DNA of 44,825 nt, from positions 1 to 44,825 of the IMG/VR virus record IMGVR_UViG_3300021066_000050; one strand, given 5' to 3'. Below the pieces are notes generated by a model, which was not told where the DNA came from, searched no databases, and saw nothing but the letters and a program-made list of their open reading frames with translations. How positions within the stretch are numbered: the stretch's first letter is position 1; every line of letters starts with the position of its first letter. This DNA comes from a virus. Its lineage: Duplodnaviria > Caudoviricetes. Positions 33,525 through 41,068 of this stretch are shown piece by piece. The position numbers were made by a program, and so were the translations under genes.

Positions 33525-35624
33525 GGATTCGATCGCTCGGCGCTCGATCGCGGCCTCGACCGCGGCCTTGTCGCACCCCTGGCCCTTGCCGGACTCGAAG
33601 TGCTCCGGGTCGTGAACGGTCTTCCCGGCGACCCCCGCCTTGCGGACCATGGCACTGATCGCCTGGGGGGTGATGTCGGCGTACGCCTCCGGGTAGACCT
33701 CCCGCAGTCGGGCGGCCAGCGCCGGCCACGAGATCGTCGCCTTCCCCGCGTAGAAGACGTTCCGCACGTCGTTGAGCACGTCGCGGGCTTCCCGCGCCGC
33801 CTCCTCCCCGGCGGCCTCGCCGGACAAGGTGCCGAGGTGTTCCCGGTGGGCGCGGGCGGCCCGCAGAATCCGCTCGGCGTCAACGTGGGTGGCGAGGAAC
33901 GTCCGCACCGTCGGCGTCTCGTCGGTGACGCCGTACAGGTAGCCGACGCCCCGGTATTCGTCGCCTACGGGAAGGCTGGACGCGTCGAAGCCCTCCGCGT
34001 ACGCGTCGCCGCCGAGAACAGCCTCGGACACGATCCGGTTGCCGCACTTGAGCGCGAACCGGGCCGCGTGGTTGTCCCGGTACCGGTTGAACAGGCGGCC
34101 GACGTCCCCGGCGCCCACCCCGGACGGCTTCTGCGACGAGGACAGCAGGATCACCCCGGCAGATGGGCCGGTGGCGAGGATCCGCGACAGCATGGCCGCG
34201 ATCTCCTTGTTCGTGTCCTGGTCCTCGGTTTCGAAGTAGACCTGGAACTCCTCCATGACCAGCAGCCACACCCGCAGGTCCGGGTACCGCGGGTCGCGGG
34301 CCAGCTCCTCGGTGAGCTTCCCCTCCGGGCACACGTCGGCGGGCAACTGCGACAGCACCTGGTTGACGCGGTCGATGTGCTTGAGGACCTCCCGCAGTGC
34401 GGCGAGCAGGTGCCCGATCGGGTCGTTGTCGCGGGGGTTCGGGTGGGTGCCGAAGATGATCCGGTGCGCGACCAGCCGGAACTTGTCCCAGTCGGGGCTG
34501 TTCTTGCCGTCGACCACGATCAGTTTCACCCACGGGTCCAGGGCGGCGTGTAGGGCGAGCAAGCGGGCGGAGAACGTCTTGCCCTTGCGGGGCTGTGCGC
34601 CGACCAGCACCGACGTCCACATCAGCGACAGCTCGACGAGGCGGTCCCGCTCGTCCTTGCCGAACTTCACCGGCCGCCAGATGGAGCGGGGCTTGCAGTC
34701 CAACAGCGGCGTGCGGCCCACCGGGACAGCCAGGGGGTCACGGTCGGCGACGAACAGCAGGTGCCGCCGGTTCGACGACTTGTCGCGGGTGAGGAACACC
34801 TGGTTCTCATGCACGTCGAGGCCGGACGCGAGCTTCTCCTTGGCGTTGACCACGTCGGACCAGCTCTTGCCGTAGGGCAGGTCCACCAGCACCTGCGACC
34901 CGGTTTCACGCTGGTCGCGGGCCATGGGGCCGCCGAACTCGACCTGCTGGTCGCGCTTGTCGGGGTGGCCGAGGCCGGCGGCGTAGTAGGCACGCAGCAC
35001 GATGTCGGGGTTGAGCTTGCGGTACCGGTGCGCGACGACGGCGGGTTGCACGATGGGCCGAGTCTGCGGCCGGCCGTAGTGGGCGAGCACGGGCACCAGC
35101 GCCCCGCCGGTAGCCAGCACTACCCAGCCGGGGGCGGCGGCGAGCAGGCCGAGGGCGACGAGCAGCAGCACGCCCTCACCGGCCAGGACCATGCCGCGGT
35201 AGAGGCGGATGGCGCGGGCCTCCCGGGTGAGCCGCGACCAGGTGTCGGGGTCGTTGCGGTTGGCCGCTTCCTGCCGCAGGTGTTCCTGCTCGGCCACCCA
35301 CCACCAGCGCACCTGCCGGCCGGCGAGGCGGGCGACGCCGACGACGGACCACAGCAGCGCCAGCGCGGCGTACTTCGGTGCGCGCACGGCGTGGTAGGCG
35401 GCGATGTGGCCGGTCACCTCGGCCTTGCGTTTGACGGTGGCCTTGATGTTGTCGGGGCCGCGCCACTGGGCCGGGATGACGGGGTGGCGGGTGTCGTCCC
35501 GGGTGACGACGTCGACGTAGACGGGCTCGCGGGGCGGGTTCGGCTCGTCGTCGAGGGCAATCTCGTAGTGGGTGTCGTGCGGCTCGCCCTGGTCAAGGTC
35601 GTCGCGCTGGATCTGGTCGGTCAT
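33519..35624 (-). CDS. traB: FtsK/SpoIIIE-family TraB-like DNA translocase
   Basis: GAGGAG SD; N-terminal TM pair; Walker A GAQPRKGKT, VDGK, Walker B LVMEEFQ, SSQKP, RFAL, GVGYL; C-terminal winged-helix-like domain. Confidence 0.85.
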   Translation of the reverse strand: MTDQIQRDDLDQGEPHDTHYEIALDDEPNPPREPVYVDVVTRDDTRHPVIPAQWRGPDNIKATVKRKAEVTGHIAAYHAVRAPKYAALALLWSVVGVARLAGRQVRWWWVAEQEHLRQEAANRNDPDTWSRLTREARAIRLYRGMVLAGEGVLLLVALGLLAAAPGWVVLATGGALVPVLAHYGRPQTRPIVQPAVVAHRYRKLNPDIVLRAYYAAGLGHPDKRDQQVEFGGPMARDQRETGSQVLVDLPYGKSWSDVVNAKEKLASGLDVHENQVFLTRDKSSNRRHLLFVADRDPLAVPVGRTPLLDCKPRSIWRPVKFGKDERDRLVELSLMWTSVLVGAQPRKGKTFSARLLALHAALDPWVKLIVVDGKNSPDWDKFRLVAHRIIFGTHPNPRDNDPIGHLLAALREVLKHIDRVNQVLSQLPADVCPEGKLTEELARDPRYPDLRVWLLVMEEFQVYFETEDQDTNKEIAAMLSRILATGPSAGVILLSSSQKPSGVGAGDVGRLFNRYRDNHAARFALKCGNRIVSEAVLGGDAYAEGFDASSLPVGDEYRGVGYLYGVTDETPTVRTFLATHVDAERILRAARAHREHLGTLSGEAAGEEAAREARDVLNDVRNVFYAGKATISWPALAARLREVYPEAYADITPQAISAMVRKAGVAGKTVHDPEHFESGKGQGCDKAAVEAAIERRAIESR

Positions 35625-35649
35625 GCTGGTGTCTCCTCTGCCAGGAGGT

Positions 35650-35681
35650 GCGGGGCCCGACCGGGTGTGGTCGGGCCCCGC
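35650..35681. other. intergenic hairpin upstream of traB
   Basis: GCGGGGCCCGACC/GGTCGGGCCCCGC, perfect 13-bp stem. Confidence 0.7.
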
Positions 35682-35689
35682 GTGGTGGG

Positions 35690-35812
35690 TTACTTCGGGT
35701 CGGTGGCCTTGCAGCAGCGGCAGGTACGGCCGCCGTTGAGCGGGGCGCAGGCGCATCCGCAGGACAGGCAGCCGCCGACGTGGGGGCAACCGCACTGCGT
35801 GCAGCGGGCCAT
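35690..35812 (-). CDS. 40-aa Cys-rich, metallothionein-like peptide
   Basis: MARCTQCGCPHVGGCLSCGCACAPLNGGRTCRCCKATDPK; TGATG coupling to the upstream gene. Confidence 0.55.
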   Translation of the reverse strand: MARCTQCGCPHVGGCLSCGCACAPLNGGRTCRCCKATDPK

Positions 35813-35997
35813 CAGCGGCGGCCCTTGAGCTGCTGAGAGAGCAGCCCGTAGCGGATGCGCTCGTCTTCGTCGAGGACGGTCGGGGTGCGTCCGGCGGCCC
35901 GCTCCTCGCGGAGCTGCTTGTCGAGGTTCTTCGGGTCGACCTTGATCTCACGCGAGCGGCCGGTGGCGTCCGTGCTGAACAGGTACTTCTTGCCCAT
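35812..35997 (-). CDS. small hypothetical protein
   Basis: 61 aa, GGAAGGA SD. Confidence 0.7.
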   Translation of the reverse strand: MGKKYLFSTDATGRSREIKVDPKNLDKQLREERAAGRTPTVLDEDERIRYGLLSQQLKGRR

Positions 35998-36089
35998 GAC
36001 GGGTTCCTTCCGTTGGGGGCGGCCAGGGGGTCTGGCTGCCTCCGCGTGCCGCCGGGGTGATGGCCCCGGCGGCCACGGGGGCGTTCAGA

Positions 36090-36272
36090 TCACTTCCGCC
36101 GCTCGATGTAGCCGCCCTCGCTCTTGCCGCCGTGCATGCGCTTGTTGTGGCCGATGACGTCCTTGTTGGCGTCATCCATGGTCTTGCGGGCGGGGCCGTA
36201 CATGTCGTGGCTGGAGCAGCCGCCCCGGTACTCCCGGTCCTCGCCCTTGTCCTTCTTGCTGAACAGGCCCAT
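36090..36272 (-). CDS. small hypothetical protein (C..H...H...H)
   Basis: MGLFSKKDK..., GAGAGGGG SD. Confidence 0.7.
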   Translation of the reverse strand: MGLFSKKDKGEDREYRGGCSSHDMYGPARKTMDDANKDVIGHNKRMHGGKSEGGYIERRK

Positions 36273-36294
36273 CGGGGCCCCCTCTCGTCGTGCC

Positions 36295-36373
36295 GTCCAG
36301 TCGGTCTGGCCGGTCCCGCGTGGGCATCCGGTGATGGGCGGATGCCCCACGGGGGCGGTCAGACCGACTGGAC
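36295..36373. other. long intergenic stem-loop
   Basis: GTCCAGTCGGTCTG..GGGCATCCG/CGGATGCCC..CAGACCGACTGGAC. Confidence 0.7.
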
Positions 36374-36387
36374 CAGCGCGGCGGCGC

Positions 36388-36570
36388 TCACCGCTGCCAC
36401 CAGGGCAGTACGGTCCGGGCGGCCTGCTCGGCGTCGTCCAGGCGGCGCTGGGCGTCCGCGAGCGCGGCCGGGTCGGCGTCGAGGCGGCTGCTGATGCGCT
36501 CCAGGTCCCGCCCCGCGTCGGCCAGCTCCCGGGCGGCCTGGCGGCGAGCGTCGGCGGTCGGCTTCTTCAC
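36388..36570 (-). CDS. small helical protein
   Basis: 60 aa, GGGAGG SD, GTGA overlap, ends PWWQR. Confidence 0.65.
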   Translation of the reverse strand: MKKPTADARRQAARELADAGRDLERISSRLDADPAALADAQRRLDDAEQAARTVLPWWQR

Positions 36571-37532
36571 GGCCGGCCTCCCGTCCGCAGCGCCTTCTCA
36601 TGGCGGTAGAGCTGGTCAACCAGCGCGGTCGACGCCCGCCACTTCCGCTCAGTCAGCGCCTCGCGCATCCGCCGCCGGAACTCCCGCAGGCTCGGCGGGT
36701 CCTCGTCCACCTCGGCGGCGGCGTACACCTCGGCGGCCAGCAACTGGAGGGCCTTGTCGTCGGGCGTGCCGTAGTCGTCTCCCACCCGTGCCACACCCGC
36801 GCCGTCAGGCGTGCCACCAGCCGTGACAGCCGGAACGGTCAGCGAGTCGAGCAGCCCGCGAATGTCGTCGTCGGAGATCAACCCGAACGACGGCAGTTCA
36901 CCGGCCGGCACGGTGTCGGCGGTATCGGCGGCACGGTCCATCAAGGCCGCTTCGTAGGCCCGGCGGGCGGCGTCGACCTCGGCGTGCGCCTTGACGCGGG
37001 AGCGGTACTCCCGGGCCGTGTGCTCGGCGCCAACCGACTCGCTGAGGGCCTTCACCTCGTCTATGGCGCGGGCCACCGCCACGGCGTCGCGGCCCCGGGA
37101 GCGCACCAGGTCGACCTTCCGCTGGGCGTCGGCGGTGATCCGCACGGCCGCCGTGGACATGGCCATCTGCAAGGTCAGCTTGCCGAGCACGGGGATGGTC
37201 GCGCCGATGATGGCGATGGGAACGGTGGTGACGATCAACCCGTGCAGCAGCACGGCGGCGACGGACACGGCCAGCAGCACCCAGCCGAGGACGGCAGGGG
37301 TGCGGGAGGCGGACGCGGACCGGCGGTGCGCCCGCTCGTGCAGCATCGCGGACACCCACACGAGGTCGAAGAGGGCCCCGGCGCTGTACGCCACCCACGA
37401 GGGGGCCTGCGTGTCGAGCAGACCGCCGACGGCCACGAGAGTCCACACGACGGCGATCGCGGTCAACGCGAGGGGCAGCCCCCACAGGACGCCGGTCTGG
37501 ACGGCGTTGACGGTGTTGGCGCGGCCGGTCAC
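36567..37532 (-). CDS. SpdB-like spread protein (4 TM + coiled coil + C-terminal domain)
   Basis: GTG 37532; four hydrophobic helices (AYSAGALFDLVWVSAM, LGWVLLAVSVAAVLLHG), then helical region; same operon as traB. Confidence 0.65.
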   Translation of the reverse strand: MTGRANTVNAVQTGVLWGLPLALTAIAVVWTLVAVGGLLDTQAPSWVAYSAGALFDLVWVSAMLHERAHRRSASASRTPAVLGWVLLAVSVAAVLLHGLIVTTVPIAIIGATIPVLGKLTLQMAMSTAAVRITADAQRKVDLVRSRGRDAVAVARAIDEVKALSESVGAEHTAREYRSRVKAHAEVDAARRAYEAALMDRAADTADTVPAGELPSFGLISDDDIRGLLDSLTVPAVTAGGTPDGAGVARVGDDYGTPDDKALQLLAAEVYAAAEVDEDPPSLREFRRRMREALTERKWRASTALVDQLYRHEKALRTGGRP

Positions 37533-37780
37533 CGGGTCACCGCCTCGGCCGAGGGGGCCGGGGCCGGGCGCTGCGCCGGGACGGCCTGCTGGACCTGCTC
37601 GCGGCGGTGGGTCGCGGTAGCGATGGCGAACGCGGACCCGGCGGCGGCGAGCGTCGGAATGGTCAGGCCGGCCAGGACGAGACGCACGTCGGCCGGTCCG
37701 GGCGGCAGGGCGATCGCGGACTGCCACACGCCGATGAAGACGGCGGCACCGACCGTGTGGCTGGCGACGAGACGGAACAT
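37529..37780 (-). CDS. small two-TM protein (Spd-like)
   Basis: MFRLVASHTVG..., coupled start/stop. Confidence 0.6.
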   Translation of the reverse strand: MFRLVASHTVGAAVFIGVWQSAIALPPGPADVRLVLAGLTIPTLAAAGSAFAIATATHRREQVQQAVPAQRPAPAPSAEAVTR

Positions 37781-37935
37781 CAGGACTCCAGGGAGATCGA
37801 GACGCACATACCGGCCGCACCCACCTCGGCGGGGCTGCACGGCTGCGTCGTGTGGTTGTGGTGGAACGCCAGGGCCGCGAGCACGGCGCAGACGCCGACG
37901 ACGCGGTAAACCAAGCGGTTGATGCGGGCAGCCAT
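37780..37935 (-). CDS. small single-TM protein
   Basis: MAARINRLVYRVVGVCAVLAALA; GAGGAG SD. Confidence 0.55.
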   Translation of the reverse strand: MAARINRLVYRVVGVCAVLAALAFHHNHTTQPCSPAEVGAAGMCVSISLES

Positions 37936-38013
37936 GACGGCTCTCCTCACGGCGAGGGGTGGGCAAGCTGAGAGGGCCCGGCGACACGACGGCATGCCGC
38001 CGGGCAGGGTGGG

Positions 38014-38199
38014 TCAGCGCTTGGGCTTGCTGGCGCGGCGGCCGATGCCGGCCAGGGTGGCGTCCTGCGTCCGGTACGCCATCTCGTACGTGGCGCCCGG
38101 GTCGTTCACCGGCTTGGCCTGGCCGTAGGCGACCTCACCGATCTTCGGGTCGTACTCGGGCGGCTGCGGGGGCTTGCCCTTGTGGTGGAAAATGCTCAT
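38014..38199 (-). CDS. small hypothetical protein, first gene of the tra-like operon
   Basis: 61 aa, GAAGGAG SD. Confidence 0.7.
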   Translation of the reverse strand: MSIFHHKGKPPQPPEYDPKIGEVAYGQAKPVNDPGATYEMAYRTQDATLAGIGRRASKPKR

Positions 38200-38286
38200 G
38201 GGTCGACTCCTTCACAGTCGATCCGAGGCCCCTGGCCAGCGCCGGAATCGCTGGTCAGGGGCCGCCTTCGTTCTCTGGCGACTCCC

Positions 38287-38331
38287 AATGTAGTGGGTAC
38301 CTTGTCATGGCGTCAAGGTACCCACTACAGT
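38287..38331. promoter_or_regulatory. 16-bp palindromic operator overlapping divergent promoters
   Basis: TGTAGTGGGTACCTTG-N9-CAAGGTACCCACTACA; minus TTGACG-N18-TACATT; plus TTGTCA-N18-TACAGT. Confidence 0.8.
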
Positions 38332-38364
38332 CATGTTTGCAAGGGCACCCCTTACGATCACGAG

Positions 38365-38637
38365 GTGGAGAATCCGTTGGCCGACATCGACGACATCGAA
38401 CAGATCGCCGACCCCGCAGAGCGGGCCAGGCAGGCAGGTCAGCGCCTCGCCGCCGTCCCCGTCTGGCAGGAACGGCTGCGCAAGATCCGGCAGGCCGCCG
38501 TGGTGGAGATGAAGGCCCAGAACATGAGCTATGCCGACATCGGCCGCGAGCTGGGCCTGCACCGCAACCGCATCCAGCAGATCCTGGAAGGCCGGTCCGC
38601 CGGCGGCAAGGGCGGGAAGGTGGAGGCCGCCGAGTGA
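38365..38637 (+). CDS. HTH regulator divergent from the tra-like operon
   Basis: MSYADIGRELGLHRNRIQQIL; TACGAT lies 6 nt before the GTG. Confidence 0.8.
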   Translation: MENPLADIDDIEQIADPAERARQAGQRLAAVPVWQERLRKIRQAAVVEMKAQNMSYADIGRELGLHRNRIQQILEGRSAGGKGGKVEAAE

Positions 38638-38843
38638 CCGCCATGGAGATCCCGACCTGCCTGTACCGCCAGGCTGCCGCCGAGGCGGGCGAGCGGGCCG
38701 ACGAGGCCGACCGGAAGTTGTGGGAGGCGGTGGAGTCGGCACGGGCTGCCGGTGTGCCTGACGTGCTGCTCTGCGAGCGGACGGGGGTCAGCCGGGCCAC
38801 GCTCAACCGTCGGCTCGGCCCCCGCAAGTCCAAGGCTGCTTGA
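38634..38843 (+). CDS. second small HTH protein
   Basis: ARAAGVPDVLLCERTGVSRATLNRRL; GTGA overlap. Confidence 0.7.
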   Translation: MTAMEIPTCLYRQAAAEAGERADEADRKLWEAVESARAAGVPDVLLCERTGVSRATLNRRLGPRKSKAA

Positions 38844-38860
38844 TCGACTGAACACGGCAA

Positions 38861-38896
38861 AGCGCCCCCACTGCCAGACGTGGCAGTGGGGGCGCT
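38861..38896 (+). terminator. hairpin terminator
   Basis: AGCGCCCCCACTGCCA-GACG-TGGCAGTGGGGGCGCT. Confidence 0.8.
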
Positions 38897-38914
38897 GTCG
38901 TTGGCCTGCCTTGC

Positions 38915-38957
38915 TGTAGTGGGGGGCTTGTCAAACTGCCAAGGTACCCACTACACT
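38915..38957 (+). promoter_or_regulatory. second copy of the operator/promoter
   Basis: TGTAGTGGGGGGCTTG-N9-CAAGGTACCCACTACA; TTGTCA-N18-TACACT. Confidence 0.75.
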
Positions 38958-38990
38958 TGGGCTACAGGCAAGCGAGCGAGGGAGACGGAC

Positions 38991-39173
38991 ATGGCGAACA
39001 TCGACTGCGAGATCTGCGGCAAGGCCGGCGCCCGCGAGGTCCCCGCCCCCAGCGGCGGCACGATGGAAGCATGCCGGGGCTGCGAGCAGAAGGAGTGGAA
39101 GCGGGCCGCCATCGACGCCCGGTACGCCGAGCTGGCCGACCTCACCGACGCCGAGCTGGCCCTGGCCGCCTGA
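38991..39173 (+). CDS. small CxxC..CxxC protein
   Basis: MANIDCEICG..EACRGC; GAGGGAG SD; own promoter and terminator. Confidence 0.75.
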   Translation: MANIDCEICGKAGAREVPAPSGGTMEACRGCEQKEWKRAAIDARYAELADLTDAELALAA

Positions 39174-39188
39174 CCCCGGACAGCACGA

Positions 39189-39227
39189 AGCGCCCCCGCC
39201 CGGCCGTAAGGCCAGAGCGGGGGCGCT
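39189..39227. terminator. hairpin terminator between convergent genes
   Basis: AGCGCCCCCGC..GCGGGGGCGCT. Confidence 0.65.
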
Positions 39228-39278
39228 GTCGTAGCTGGACGGTGCCGACACGGGGGAGCCGGCACCGCGCCGACGAGC

Positions 39279-39509
39279 CTACCGGCTCGCTGACACCAGG
39301 CTCGGCGAGTTCGGCTCGCCAGCACCGACCGACACGACCGACGTGAGCAGCGACAGCACCGCCGCGCCCGCCGCCACACCACCGGCCGTCACCCAGTCGG
39401 CGTCCCACGCGGAGAACACCGCGTCGCCACCCCAGAGAAGCAGCAGGGCCTGAGCCGCGCTCTTCCCCGCCCGCTCGGCGGCGGCCTTCCAGAACTTCGT
39501 GGTGAACAT
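39279..39509 (-). CDS. holin (r1t-like)
   Basis: MFTTKFWKAAAERAGKSAAQ..AAVLSLLTSVVS..SPSL; AGGAGG SD. Confidence 0.85.
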   Translation of the reverse strand: MFTTKFWKAAAERAGKSAAQALLLLWGGDAVFSAWDADWVTAGGVAAGAAVLSLLTSVVSVGAGEPNSPSLVSASR

Positions 39510-39522
39510 CAGTACCTCCTGG

Positions 39523-39819
39523 TCAAGTGGTGAACTTGGGCAGCAGCCCGATGGCCAGGGCGGCCAGGGCAACGAGCAGGGACGCGGCCGGCAGCGGCCA
39601 CTGTCGGGCCTCGACGGCACGTATCCGGCTCTCCAGGTCGGCGATCCGGGGCGCGGGCCGCACCTCTTCGACGACCCGGAGGCGGGTTTCGTGGTCGCGT
39701 AGGTCCTCGCCGTGGCCGTCGCTCTGGCTGGTGAGCCGGTCGACGGACGCGGTGAGCCGGATCAGGGCGTCGTAGATGTCGCGGCCGGTGATCTGCACGG
39801 GGCCGAACGGGTCGGTCAC
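39523..39819 (-). CDS. lysis-cassette coiled-coil protein with C-terminal TM
   Basis: DHETRLR..DLESRIRAVE..WPLP + TM; GTGA overlap. Confidence 0.75.
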   Translation of the reverse strand: MTDPFGPVQITGRDIYDALIRLTASVDRLTSQSDGHGEDLRDHETRLRVVEEVRPAPRIADLESRIRAVEARQWPLPAASLLVALAALAIGLLPKFTT

Positions 39820-40553
39820 GACGTCGCCGGGGCCGCGGTGACCTCGCCGGTGATGAGCAGCCGGGTCGGCAGCGGCGCCGGCTGGCCACCGCCGAACTTG
39901 ACCGCCATCGCCTGCATGAACTGGGCGTACGTGTGGGCGTCGTAGACGTCGCCGGAGGTCTGCTTGCTGCCGACGGAGCGGCGCACGGCCAGCACCGCCG
40001 CCGACGTGACCGGCCCATACTGGCCGTCCTCCGCGATCGGCCCGCTGGCGCTCAGCAGCAGCATGTTGCACATGACCTGGACGGCCTGGACGTGCTCGCC
40101 GGAGTCGCCGAGTTTGCAGAACATGAGCTTTCCCCCTGTGCTGGTCAGCCCCCACGGGCTGGTGTCGTCGTAGGGTCCGGTGCTGCGCCCGTCCGGGCCG
40201 GTGCCGACGGAGACGTGCATGTGCTTGGTGTGCGGGTTGGAGCCGGTGTATGTCCGCCACGCCCATCCCGACGAGGCCGACGCGATCCGCCGGTTCCAGA
40301 TCACGTACTTGAGTGCCGGGTGACGGCGGGTGCGGATGTGCTCGGCGATGCGGTGCATGTCCGCGCCGTGGGCGGGGTCGTGGGTGAGGTCCAGGGCGCA
40401 CACCACCCCGGCCGCGTTGGGGTTGTGGTCGGACGCGCCGGACTGGTGGGCCGTGTCGCCGATGGTGCCGTCGGACGCCTTCGACCTGCCCGGGGCCAGC
40501 GCGTTGACCTCGGCGCGCAGCACCTCCAAGGAGCGGGCCAGCCGCCAGCTCAT
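39816..40553 (-). CDS. endolysin (putative Zn-peptidase domain + peptidoglycan-binding domain)
   Basis: IGDTAH...SDHNP..CALD..YVIWNRRI..NPHTKHMHVS; LGDSGEHV..DGQYGP; upstream of the holin. Confidence 0.85.
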   Translation of the reverse strand: MSWRLARSLEVLRAEVNALAPGRSKASDGTIGDTAHQSGASDHNPNAAGVVCALDLTHDPAHGADMHRIAEHIRTRRHPALKYVIWNRRIASASSGWAWRTYTGSNPHTKHMHVSVGTGPDGRSTGPYDDTSPWGLTSTGGKLMFCKLGDSGEHVQAVQVMCNMLLLSASGPIAEDGQYGPVTSAAVLAVRRSVGSKQTSGDVYDAHTYAQFMQAMAVKFGGGQPAPLPTRLLITGEVTAAPATS

Positions 40554-41059
40554 AGCTGCCTCAGCCGCTCGACGGTGGCGAAGCTCGCCGCATTGAGCGT
40601 GGTCGCGCTGGCGTTGGAGGTGTCCTGCGCGAACCGGAAGACCAGGTCACCGACGCCATCCACGATCAGCCGCTCGGCGATGAGCTGCGTGCTGGCGTTG
40701 TTGTACTGGTCGGTGGACTGCTCCTCGCCCAAGGTCGCAATCTGCCGCCACCGCATGTCGTCGATGTTGGCGGTACCGGCCGTGGTGGTCGTGGTCTCGC
40801 CGGCGGACATGATGTCGCGGGCCGTGCAGGTGACGGTGCCCGTGGCGCTCCACGCCCACTTCATCCCGCCGGCCAGGGCGGTGTACCGGGCGCTCAGGCG
40901 CACCTCGGACAGGCCGTCGATGGGCACGACGATCGACGAATCCACGAGGGTTGTCGAGGAGGTAACGGCCTGGGAGCTGCCCTGCACGACGTAGCCGAGG
41001 GTCAGGGCGAGCAGCTCGTCGGCCGTGGGCACCATGCCCGCGTAAAAGTCGATGGTCAT
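40550..41059 (-). CDS. minor tail protein
   Basis: FYAGMVPTADEL N-terminus, beta-rich; GAGGGAG SD. Confidence 0.7.
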   Translation of the reverse strand: MTIDFYAGMVPTADELLALTLGYVVQGSSQAVTSSTTLVDSSIVVPIDGLSEVRLSARYTALAGGMKWAWSATGTVTCTARDIMSAGETTTTTAGTANIDDMRWRQIATLGEEQSTDQYNNASTQLIAERLIVDGVGDLVFRFAQDTSNASATTLNAASFATVERLRQL

Positions 41060-41068
41060 GGCTCCCTC

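Noticed and set aside
33519-35951. 810-aa start for the FtsK/TraB protein, and its reading as chromosomal cell-division FtsK
   Set aside because: The SD supports ATG 35624, and the upstream region holds two mini-genes and a hairpin. Context (Spd-like genes, repeats, no host genes) argues against a housekeeping FtsK.
32161-38843. Independent AICE inserted into the phage
   Set aside because: No second integrase, Rep or flanking att duplication was seen, so it is not autonomous. AICE ancestry remains possible.
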